64,000 nt of DNA from Antedon mediterranea (taxonomy: Eukaryota > Animalia > Echinodermata), in the NCBI RefSeq assembly GCF_964355755.1, contig NC_092673.1, forward strand, positions 26,595,648 through 26,659,647. Direction: 5' to 3'. The notes under the pieces were generated by a model that saw only the letters and a list, made by a program, of their open reading frames with translations, was not told where the DNA came from and made no database searches. Each line of letters opens with the position of its first letter. The stretch's first letter is position 1. The position numbers and the translations under genes were made by a program. Shown piece by piece: positions 53,201 to 64,000 of this stretch.

Positions 53201-56200
53201 AGTAGGTGTGTTCCTGAATCGGTAGTATATCCCAAAGGAGGAATTTTACTTTATACATGGTACATTGTAGAAATGTGCAACATACTCGCAGAAAAGGACA
53301 ACAAAAACACATCACAAAATAATGCATACACATAAATAACACATTTTTAGAAACAGAAATTCTAACAACGAGGCGTAAATATATAAATATATGTACATAT
53401 ATGCCAACTCATATGCTATGACTTTATCCAAATTCCCTCACTTGCACTGATGAAGGGCTAGTGTTGCCCGAAAGCTCTGCTAACTTTTCTGGCTGTTTAC
53501 TTTATCGTTTTGATTTAGCTTTTCGCTTTTTTTTTGTATCTCCATTGAGATCCAGCCACTGATACCCACAGCATTGTCATTTTTTTCAGTAATTTGCCTT
53601 TGGATTTAAATATATGTACATATATATATATACTTGTAGCTCTCGCCTTGTCTCTGTACCTGTTTGTATTGCATTTTTGTAATTGTATTTGTATATTTTG
53701 GCAGAGATAGCTTTTCATAAGACTAAGAGTCCATCAATATAAAAGCAACATATGATACTGAAGCAGCCGACAGAAATATAATTGTTTAATACCATGTTCC
53801 AGTAAATATGGATAATAGTTTCAAAATTGAAAAGGTAAAATCCAATTAAGAAACACACAATCTCAATCAAAATCCTGTATTAGATCATGCCTACCAAGTA
53901 TGATCTAATATTAGCAACACAGTAGTAAAATGGTACAGTGAGGGCAGGTTGACGTGTATGCAACTCATTTTTCAATTTTTTTTAAATTTCATACGCATCC
54001 AACAACGAGTAACTCGCCAGGAAGGATAAATTATTTTATAATTTATTGTGCCTATAACCTAATAAGTCTCATTTGAGGCTTAGGGAGTGGAGTTGAAAGA
54101 GTCATGAATTTCAACCTTTCTACTGTAGGTCAGAATTGAAACCAGGACTTTGGGATTGAAAGGCATGCACGTTAACCACTAAGCTACAGCTCCACTACAA
54201 AGGGTTGTTTAATAAATTTGAGGAAAAAATAATATGCAGCTATCTTTACTATAATAGTAATACAAATTTATAAACCTGGATGGCCCTTATTAAGTTAATT
54301 TTTACTATGATGTGGTCAAGAAAAAGAAAAAGATCAGGTTCGTTTGATGTTGGACCTATTCCTATATTTAATTTACTCATGAAACTTTCCACAAACTTTA
54401 GATTTTTTTTCTTAACTAACAATACAACACTACACGATCATAAACAGATACTGAAAGAAACATAATACAATGGCATTTGTTAAAAGAATCAATTTCAAAA
54501 TACATGCAACAGCGTGCTTGAAAACATGTCACGGTGTGTTGGGGAACACGCGGCGATGTGCATTGGCGGAAACGCAACGTGTTGAAATACATGTAACATC
54601 ATGTTGGAACACACCCAACAATGTTGCTATCACATATTGGTTTTATGTTTGCTAATAGTCGTTATAACATTTTAAGATATCTCAATCAATCTAAATGGCA
54701 AACTTATAACACGCAGTTGTTTTCTTTTGCCTTCGGTTATATATTCATGTTCATGTCTAATAGCTATATAACGATTCATTTTGCATAAAATAAATAAACA
54801 TTAATGCACAGTTTATTAAATTATTCATTTCTACTAATGTAAATAATACTATGTAATGACCTTTGAAACATACAAAGTTATTTCAAGATTAGAAAAGTCA
54901 TTGACTTAACTTTACATTATTGTATACGACTTATTAAATATTATATGTGCACATTGGGCATAGAACATTAGGCATAATACAACTTATTGTATGTGTATAC
55001 ATAGTGTAGAATATGTTAGGCCCTACTATCATTATTCAACTTTAAAAAAAAAAAATTTAGCAGTTTGATGCCTTAAGATTTGATAGTTTTAATACAGTTA
55101 TTTACTTTGATAAGGCCCATTGTCTGTCAGATAACTTTTTTTTTGTGAAATGGTTTTTGAAGATAAAATCACTATATTCGAAGTAATATTGTAATTGTAT
55201 CTATGTAACTTCTTTAAACTGTATTTCAATATTTGAATGGGTGTCCCTCCTATGCGAGAGAGTTTCTCAATTTCAAGGACATAAATAAAACACTAGATAT
55301 ACCATAGCATTTCTGTAAAGTGTCCTATATCAGATATATCACACCTTAAAGAATTGACAGAAGTGAAATTTTCAAAAAATTTATAAACATAAAGCATAAT
55401 ATAAGAAAAATGCAAAAAGTATATCAATATATTATTATTGATATACTATTTGCATTTCTCTTTAATAGTAAACCGACAAAATAATCTTTAGGTGAATTTC
55501 AAATTGAATTTCATCAATCACAATAATCATTCATGCTAATTAATATTGTATTTTAACAATGACTTTCACAATATCTTGATGAATAATGTAAAATTCCTAG
55601 GGCAAATTTTGAAAGTAATCAGAAGTTACTTCTACTACTTTAAAAGTCTAATCCGGTCATTAATGTGATCGATGATGGTTCACACCCAACTACTATAACG
55701 TGAAGTTTAATACAGCCATTATTGTAATAGATGATGGTTCACACCCAACTACTATAACTTGGTTTTAGTGGTTAAATCCACTTTAATCTAACAATAAGAT
55801 TGAATGTGAAGGAAATAAATATTCTATTTAACTGTTCGTTTGCTTTTAGTACTGGTAAATCCATTTGTAAATCAGTCAATATCATTAAGAATAAAACAAA
55901 ACAGACTTTGATAACCAAAAGAAAGGAAAACCAGAGGTTTAGAGCCATATGATTCAACATTTAATAGTAGTCCCTGACCAATTTATCTCTGTACATTATG
56001 GCTTGTTGGTCAACTACGTAAATGAAAATGAAACTTAAAGAATGGGCAAATTATTTGAACCTCACATGGAGAAAATACCACATCAACAATTTAAACATCA
56101 CCAGGATGAGTTCAGTAGTTGACAATGTAACATGCACGTTGAAATACATGCAAGGAAATTGTGTGCATGTTATTGACCTGAAATTGGTGTATTAAAATTG

Positions 56201-59200
56201 TTATGCCACTGAAGAAAAAAATGTGATGTTACATGATTCATTTTTATTTAAATTGAAAGAATAGAAATAGTAAAGAGAATTGTTTTAGCAATAACATGAG
56301 ATTTATAAAGAAAATTGAGCAAAGACAAGAAAAGTGCACTTTGAAATTCAGATTCCATAAAAGTTTTGAAAACTAGATTTGATTGTTTATCCGCACAAAC
56401 ACAACGTGCTGTTGTAACACATTCACACGCTACCATTTAACCTGCACCACCAAACGATGGAACTAAAGTAAATTGCTAATTAGGTTACCATCAACAAGCG
56501 TCCAATCTATTTAATTTAAACTTTCAAAAACAACTCTTTTCAATTAATGATTCTTTATTCCCGATTGTGAAATTTAATATATAAATCATTTACAGTCTTC
56601 TGATTAACTTACCAATCCATACGTTAATGAAGATTCATTTACATCAACATTCAATTATTCATTTACATAACGATGCTCACAAACTCATTATTTCATTATT
56701 AATATTGATCATTTCAAAATCTGATATTAATTCATAAACCTGTATTATTACATCCATGAATGCCAGACTTCATAGATGAATAATCGGGCTAAAGTAACTT
56801 TATTTTATTACATTTTCAAGTAATTTCTTCCTTAATTTGTGTATTTCTTTGATATAGTTAAAGATAAATCCAACAAGTTCTAAAAAAAAAGGAAGTAGGC
56901 AGAATAAAAAAACAAAAACCTTTGATTGCCCAACAAAACCTCCATTGCAGAGATTTTCATCAAGGGCATGGTATAAAATTTTTTTTAAATAAATCAAACA
57001 CAAATGTACACACACAAAGATAAATCTTGCATTTCAAATATTTTCTGATCTGTTTGCAAATAATCTCATAACTACAGTAAATATGATATGAACAAATTAT
57101 AAACAAAATAGTTGTTGGTACACCTTCCTTTTATAGGAATTTATCTATTATTTCAAATAGTTCCACTTTCAGAATGCTCTTTTTTGGAATTTGACCAATT
57201 TTCAAACATAACATGCTCCGCAACTAAAGTGCATTCGATGCTATAAAATCCTAAAAATTCATTCTCTTTAATTTCTTCAAATATAATTGTGTAATTTCAC
57301 TGTCGACAATAATGTGTACTTTACTCACTAGATTTGTTCACAATAATGTGTAGTTCAAATAGTTGACAATATTAATGTGTATTTTACAGAACTAGATTTG
57401 TTGACAATAATGTGCCCTTTACAGAACTAGATTTGTTCACAATAATGTGTACTTTACAGAAATAGAACTGTTGACATCTGTGTACTTTACAGAACTCTAT
57501 CTGTTGACCATGCATCTTTTACAGAACCAGATCTACAGTTGACAATAATATGTACTTTACAGAAATAGAACTGTTGACATTTGTGTACTTTACAGAACTC
57601 TATCTGTTGACCATACATCTTTTACAGAACCAGATCTACAGTTGACAATAATGTGTACTTTACAGAACTAGATCTGTTGAACATAATGCATACTTTACAG
57701 AACCAGATCTGTTGACAATAATGCATACTTTTACTGAACTATCTTTTGACCATAATGCGTACTTTGCAGAACTAGATCTGTTCAAAATAATCAGCTTCCT
57801 CATGTTGAAAAAATTCCAAAGAGTTTGTCAACTAAATTAAAAATAACATACAATCAGTCTGATGGAAAATGAAGGCGACACTAATTACAGCGCAACACCA
57901 AATTAGGAAAATGTTTTTAGTTTATGAAAAATGGAAGGAACTAGGTCAGGGTAAAGATGTTTTTTGTCTTATATATTTTTTAATCAATGTAGTACATTTT
58001 TATTTAATATTAAAATAAATTAAATAATCATTTTAGTCATATTCGGATTATATCAAATTTGTGACTTGTGTAAAATTCTCTGTTTTCTAGACGTTGACCA
58101 CATTTTCTTCACCTGTTAGAAAAATTCAAAGTGGAAAAATATCTCTAAAAATCAATACTTATACACCATTCATCAATGTTGAGACTATTCTCAAATCTCA
58201 CATTTGTGACAAGAGCTTTGGCACTTTCCTGGTAAAGAGTGCCACATTTTTGGACAGTAAGATACATGATAGACTAATTCGTATGAGCTGTGTTCAATTA
58301 TTAGCAGTTAAGTTTTCTCCCTGCTTTGTGTTATATTGTATAATATAATATATATTGTACATTCCATTACAACTTTATATTTATCATGGCACTTAACTTG
58401 TACTATAAAATCACCATTTCTCTTTATAATGAAATTACAGGAGCATAAATACATACTCACTAGCTATGAATCCAAATAATTCATTTATTATATAATTTAA
58501 GTAAATTATATGTTTTACATTGAGATCACACAAACATAAATTCATCAGTGAACAGTGTTCGATGGTATAATAAAATCAGCTACACTAATTGACTAAATGC
58601 ATTGAATAAATCGTACAATTAAAGATTACTATATCTTGGGAAATGTATAACAAAAAGTTGCATAGTTATATGAAAAATAGGGCATACACTTTCAGTGATG
58701 CTATTAACCAGTTTTCAACAAATTTATTGATCTTAACAGTTTAAGCTTTTTGCATGTTTTACTGTACTAGTTTATAGGCCTACTCCTAGAGTTAAAGAAA
58801 TTAGGTCATATCACTAAATGCAGAATTGAATTAAAAACCACTATAAACAGGTTAAAAATGTACCCACATTGCCGATATAATAGATGCAGAATACATTCAG
58901 AATCAAGTAAACACAGGATGTCCCACTGTTCGGAAAGTAACAGCTCTGTGTAAAGCTCTGTCTACACTATCAAACTAGTTCGAAAAAAAAAACGTGATGT
59001 GCCCAAATATGGTAGTGATATGCCCAAATATCGTAGGGATATGACATCATCATGTCCATATATGGGCACATCACATTTTTTGTCACATAATATTTGATAG
59101 CGTAGACAGAGCTTTACACAGCTTTACACTTTCCACATCATATATGGACATGATGATGTCATATCCCTACGATATTTGGGCATATCACTACCATATTTGG

Positions 59201-61389
59201 GCACATCACATTTTTTTTTGTCAAATTAGTTTGATAGTGTAGACAGAGCTAATGTTTTCCTGGTTGGTTGCTATCTCGCTCATTAAGTCAGCAGGGAAGT
59301 GATTGAATTTGGTCAGCAATTGAAATACACTTAAACTATAATAATAAAGGTATGTGACAATTATATTACAAAGAGTATTTCATATTCACTTTTGTATACT
59401 CAATTTTTCTTAGTGACAAACTTTTTATCGCCAGATTAATGATATTTTTATTCACTTTTTTCCCTAATAAATTTGTCTTAGTGAAGAGAGCTACAACCTG
59501 AAGATAAAATATAAATTATATACGCTAGCAAGCATGAGTGCATAGTTAATTACAACTTTTATCTGTTATCTTGAAGAGTAACTGCGACATTAACATGTCT
59601 CCTATGTGTTCCTGCTGTGTGCTTTCAGCTATAACTCTTAAATCATCTGTGACGACATCTAAAATCACTTTTTTTCAAAACCATTTGGCTTGAACAAACA
59701 TTAATTGTAAAGCTTTACGAGAAATCTTTAAACTATTAGTAAAATCAAATGAATAAACAAAAGGGCACGATGTATTCATTGGTAGGCAATGACATGTTCT
59801 AAATCTGTCAATTGTATCAACGACCTTGGAAACACGTATGTGTATTTGTTTTACATTCAACATTCGTTTTAGCGTGTTGGTTATTGCCTCATGGATAGCA
59901 TGTTCTAAAATAAAATGTTATTTTATATTATTTTCTGATTGCTAAAGTTCACCAACTTTTTCTATCAAACTTGATAATGCGATAGGGACTGGACTGATGT
60001 ATGCCTCTACACTAATAACAAAGTGCTAGTATATTTTTCATGGTTGAACAAATTCTACGATGGATATTTTAAAAGGGTGTAATTACATTCCAACACCACT
60101 TTTAACTGTTATCACCACAATGACATTTTCGCCGGGTTTTTAATCTGCTAATAAAAAACGGTATTTTTGTTTGAGTACACATTTGCTGTTAAGAAAGTAA
60201 TTTATTTCCACAATTTGGTAAAAAGCAGGCCCTTTACAATTACCATGAATTGTCTGTTGCCTTTGATGTTAACATTAACAGGATAGTTACTGGGTTTAAC
60301 GATAATGTGTTTATATGTTGGGCAATAATTAAAATAATCCTTTTCTAACATTACGACTTAACTTTATATACATATATACACCAAACAAAATTTAAAATGT
60401 TCAATAATTCAACACAAAGCTTCTAAATTCAAGATGTTCATTTTATGTGTTGATGAACCAACTAATATTTGGCCAAAAGGTCAAGAACCAAAGGCCAAGA
60501 AAAATCCAGAATATCCAAAATGTTAGAAAAAAACAAAATAGGTTGTTGCTATTATGCTGCAAGGTTTTATGGTAGAAAAGTTGCTTAAAAAGTCTTATAA
60601 ATCTTCTCTTTAACTCATACTTGAAAACGCATCTTAGTAATTATGCATAATATACAAGTTTACCAGCTTATGGTAAAGTTGACAAACCAACAACTGGAAA
60701 ACCTTGAAAAGAAGCCTCCCATTTTCGAGGTTTTACGGTATGATCTTAATCTCAGTGGGAGATAAAAATACGACTAGAGGGTACAGTGCATACTTCCGCC
60801 TACATTATGATAGTTTTTTTGCGGGTTGTGACCTTGACATTTTACCGTGCCCCTTCAAAATTGTACGCTGTTGAGATTTTTTGCCATAGTTCATTCTATT
60901 TTATTCTTCGATTTTGATAAAAGCCTCTAGGCTGGGTAAAACACAAACTTAGGAATAAGTAAATAACGACATAAGCTAGTATATATGATTTCTGTACATT
61001 TATTACTATCTGTTTTATTGTAATTTGTGTATGTTTAAGGGTTCCCACTAGTCAGTGATTTAGTTCACTTTTGGTTTTCCCTGTCTCATGATTCTCGGTT
61101 ATCTTATTATTTGTACCATTATACTGTACTTGTGTTATTGAGACGAATACACGTAATAAAATAATTATATTAAAACAATAATTATACACCCATGAAGTTT
61201 GTGCCTGTATATTATGTTGCAGGAATAGAGCAAAGTGTAAAAACAACTACTTACAACAATTAGGTTCCAGAGGCGTGCTGCTTCTGCCACAGGTGTGGAC
61301 ACACTGCTACACCCCGACAACAGCATCAACATCTGAGGCTTATCATAAAGTAACTTATAAAAGATATTCGTTCCAATTCCTGGGTTACA
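17212..61389 (-). CDS. GABBR1: GABA-B receptor subunit 1 (class C GPCR); 5' exons lie beyond the right edge
   Basis: In-frame GT-AG exons: 61389-61255, 48391-48221, 44401-44234, 43001-42810, 42544-42417, 41027-40910, 38956-38893, 34367-34287, 33905-33755, 33385-33250, 33004-32864, 32050-31852, 30982-30855, 29967-29839, 17924-17790, 17481-17212. Motifs [86 protein letters not shown], then a coiled-coil tail with an RxR motif. Confidence 0.93.
19026..19180 (+). mobile_element. SINE 3' fragment resembling the Deu-domain core (second copy at about 21846-21995)
   Basis: AAAGAACCTAGTACATCTTTCGAGACGAGTGGGGGTTATCCCGGTG resembles the conserved DeuSINE core as I recall it; not verified by search. Confidence 0.45.
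22587..24715. mobile_element. Non-autonomous Tc1/mariner(pogo)-type element
   Basis: TIR CAGTACTGACTACA(T/A)ATCAT(A/G)TACCA. The TA target duplication is confirmed against uninterrupted satellite units (GTAC-TA-TATCC). Confidence 0.82.
22926..23263. mobile_element. PIF/Harbinger-type MITE
   Basis: TIR of about 45 bp, TGCACTTGTCAATTGTATGAC(C/T)CACTATACGACCCCCGGGAGAGG, with TTA on both flanks. Confidence 0.78.
30148..30728 (+). mobile_element. 5'-truncated non-LTR retrotransposon 3' end
   Basis: Short ORF end (..[21 protein letters not shown]) of the type seen at LINE ORF2 C-termini, followed by a 3' UTR ending in AATAAA and (TTA)n. Confidence 0.5.
32051..32445. repeat. About 83-bp tandem repeat (about 5 copies) containing a GABBR1 splice acceptor
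   Basis: CTGTAAGGATACAAAAA recurs at 32051, 32134, 32217 and 32398, with a variant at 32303. Confidence 0.85.
35095..38775 (-). mobile_element. Sola3 DNA transposon, internally deleted
   Basis: TTAA|GAG...CTC|TTAA ends and TIRs of about 590 bp (35095-35690 and 38189-38775). Decayed transposase fragments on the minus strand at about 36700-37720 ([32 protein letters not shown]). Confidence 0.85.
43146..44043. mobile_element. PIF/Harbinger-type non-autonomous element
   Basis: TIR GCCCGTATTCTTAAACC(AA/GG)ACTTTAGTCGTAGTTCGA with TTA on both flanks. Confidence 0.78.
44951..47320. repeat. Tandem duplication of a unique segment of about 330 bp plus a 37-bp minisatellite array
   Basis: GTGAGCAATGACATTATTTAATGAAACC starts at 44951 and again at 45905. 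Arrays of CCACCTCCAACTGAAGACCACT(T/C)AAACTAAGACCATC at about 45284-45901 and 46241-47320. Confidence 0.92.
53444..53480 (+). ncRNA. Minimal type I hammerhead ribozyme (Penelope-like-element type)
   Basis: GCA-CTGATGA-A-GGGC-TAGTGTT-GCCC-GAAA-GCTC-TGC: intact core, 4-bp stem II, 3-bp stem I and a vestigial palindromic stem III. Confidence 0.7.
54057..54196 (-). mobile_element. tRNA-derived SINE fragment
   Basis: Minus-strand head GGAGCTGTAGCTTAGTGGTTAACGTGCATGCCTTTCAATCCCAAAGTCCTGGTTTCAATTC has an A-box and a degenerate B-box but no complete cloverleaf. Confidence 0.6.
57300..57790. repeat. Diverged minisatellite of about 35 bp
   Basis: Consensus GTTGACAATAATGTGTACTTTACAGAACTAGATCT. Confidence 0.85.
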
Positions 61390-62562
61390 CTATAAAGAAA
61401 GAAAATTAAATTTGTTAGCAAAGTTGCACAGAATTGTAAAAAGTTTGATTTTATTCAGATAGTTGTAACAAATATAGTTATTTTATTTAAATAAAAATCT
61501 TTATTCCTTTTCACTTACCAAAAAGAAAAGTTTATTACTGGGTTCAAACGCTTTTAAGTTTTTAAGGAAATAAAATTCCTCAAAAACTGATATTAAATTT
61601 TAACTCTTTAACAAAAGGTCAGAATTTATTTATTATTTAATGTATTTATTTTAAATGGTATTTATTTTAAATGTTATAACTATTATGTGACATTAAAATG
61701 GCATACATCTTTAAATGGCAAAGAAGAGGAAATCTGTGAGAAAAAGTCGCACAAATGAGATCGAGAAGCTCGAAACCTTCTGTTTAATTGCAGATGATTT
61801 CACTTCTAACACTATTGATGAACTTAAACTTAGAAAACTGATGGCCCAACGCAAACAATCATTTGCAATTGTTTACAAAACTGTATGTTATTGCAAACAA
61901 TATAGAGTAGCTAAATAAATAAGTTCAACGACGTTACAAATTATCGTAAATTAAAGCTTTAAGCCTAAGGCCTAATTTATTTATTGTTAAAATGTATTAA
62001 CACTACAAGTAGGGAATTTAAAATGGCTCCCGTTGAAAACTGATAATAGTAATTGTGATTATATTGGAATTACTAATAATCTATTTTGTAAAATTGAGTT
62101 ATAGAATAATGTATTGACGACGCCATACTTAATCTGTCAAAAATCACATTTTCATTGTTACATAAGTAGTATGTCACATGTCGGAAAACAAACAAAAGCA
62201 AATACATCTATTGAAAAGTTAATGACAAACCCTCAGACAACTAAAAGGAGCAAGAGGAATGATATGATGATATTGATGACTGAAGGGTAAAACATCAAAT
62301 GACAGACTGTTTTCCATCTTCCAAATTGAAAACGTTAGTTTTCAGAAGTGCAAATATTGAGATTTCTATCGTGAGAATTGTAAGCGCTGGTTTATTTGCA
62401 TCATATAAATATCTACATTTTGCAATGCGGAAAAAATGCGCAACCAATCAAAACTAAACAAAAATGTTTAAAAAATAGATTTAGCCTAAACTGACTTTAG
62501 GAAAAAATGAAATTCTTTATAAGTAATTCCTCCTGAAATGGATAATTAGGGATAGGATTAGA

Positions 62563-62742
62563 ATGGGATTATTTTTAAGCATGGGATTATATTTGAGCAT
62601 GGGATTATATTTAAGCATGGGGTTATATTTAAGCATGGGATTATATTAGAGCATGGGGTTATATTTGAGCATGGGATTATATTAGAGCATGGGATTATAC
62701 TTGAGCATGGGGTTATATAAAGCATGGAATTATACTTAAGCA
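62563..62742. repeat. 18-bp minisatellite, about 10 copies
   Basis: GCATGGG(A/G)TTATATT(T/A)(A/G)A repeated. Confidence 0.88.
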
Positions 62743-64000
62743 CAACCTAGTCCTCTATATTCTTTCAAGAGAAAGAATGACGTTAATCATTTGTATTGTA
62801 TTCTGGAAATGAATTACAGCATTTTGGGTACACAAGGGGGTAGGGATGCAGAGAGAGTGGAAAAGTTGATTGAACTCAATTAGTGATCTACCTAATGATT
62901 TTATGCATATTTTTTTTTAAACAAATCTGTAATATTCACATAAAATGATCACTTTAGAATCTTAAAGGACAACGTAGCTTCACTTCAACAATGCAAATCC
63001 GTTTCATGATTATGGTTTTCACTATGTAAAGCTAATAATCATACAAGATTATATTTCATGCAAAAAAACAGTGGCAAAGGCTTTTAGAATTCTTTGAATG
63101 ATAGATAAAAGTGAGAGGTAAAGTATAACACATGTTCCTTTTGATATATAACTGTTTATTCAACAGCTAAGCTAAATATTTGTTATGCAACTTAAAATGC
63201 AAACCTTTGAAAGTTTATAACAGATGATGAATTACTAATACTGACATAAAGAGCAACCAAAATATAACAAGAAATATTTCTTACAAAAACGCTTATCATC
63301 TCACGATAACTACCGTCAACACATCTCAATATTTATCTGCAAATGTTGTCATAGACTCTTTTTTTCCAGACGTGCTTTGAGGTGTTTCCAAATACCTATT
63401 TTTTCAGCTGTAGTAAACCATAAGCTGCCGCATGGTAACTGTTTCCTTATGCTTCAGTTATTTTGAATATAACTGTTTAAAAGAGACGGTGCATAAACTT
63501 TTCCCATAGAGTAGGCCCTTAGTTCTGTATCTATCAAACTAGTTTGATGTCATCTTGCCCATATATGGGAACACCACATTTTATCACAGAAGGTTTGATA
63601 GTGTAGACAGAGCTTAAGCTAAAGAATATTACTCTAAATTAGTAACGAAAATATAATAATCCGAAGTAAATAATAAACTCGTAGGTCACAATATTCTAAT
63701 AGTAACACAATATGGTTGTAACTTGTACTCTAATCATTTTTTTTAGACATGCTTCATATTTCGGTTGCAATATAATCGGTGTAATGAAATTCACATATTT
63801 AAACTTATTATAAACCTCTAAGCATAGGCCACTAACTCGTGAAATCTAACTTATCAAAGTCTAAAATTACCTACTAAGCACGACAAATTAAAAAACAGTT
63901 AATTTATTTCTAATGGTACCTTATTAGCAGACAAAATAAAGAGAGTTCACTTTACTAGTAACCTACATTACTATAAATCAACTGTTTTTATTCTTGAAAT

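Noticed and set aside
54130-54196. tRNA gene
   Set aside because: Acceptor and T stems do not close and the B-box is degenerate; better explained as a SINE head.
48400-61250. Many 60-85-aa ORFs in the large GABBR1 intron
   Set aside because: Low complexity, AT-rich, mostly non-ATG starts, no recognisable domains or exon chains.

Overview
AT-rich eukaryotic (metazoan) genomic DNA with spliceosomal genes; an invertebrate deuterostome is a tentative inference. Genes, left to right: (1) the 5' part of ANAPC2 (-), head-to-head across 244 bp with (2) a six-exon NEU1-type sialidase (+); (3) PPIL3 (-), whose first intron holds (4) an intronless, same-strand SLC25A26 (mitochondrial SAM carrier) that appears to share the PPIL3 promoter through an alternative donor; (5) a GABA-B receptor subunit 1 gene (-) from 17.2 kb to beyond the right edge, with 16 exons visible. 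Introns and intergenic DNA are dense in DNA-transposon derivatives: an 11-kb self-nested element with apparent 1-bp target duplications that carries a satellite, a Sola3 relic, Merlin-, Harbinger-, P- and mariner-type MITEs, and probable excision footprints. There are also SINE and LINE fragments, a foldback satellite, several minisatellites and one minimal hammerhead ribozyme. All exon coordinates were read by eye from splice signals and reading frame; nothing was checked against a database.
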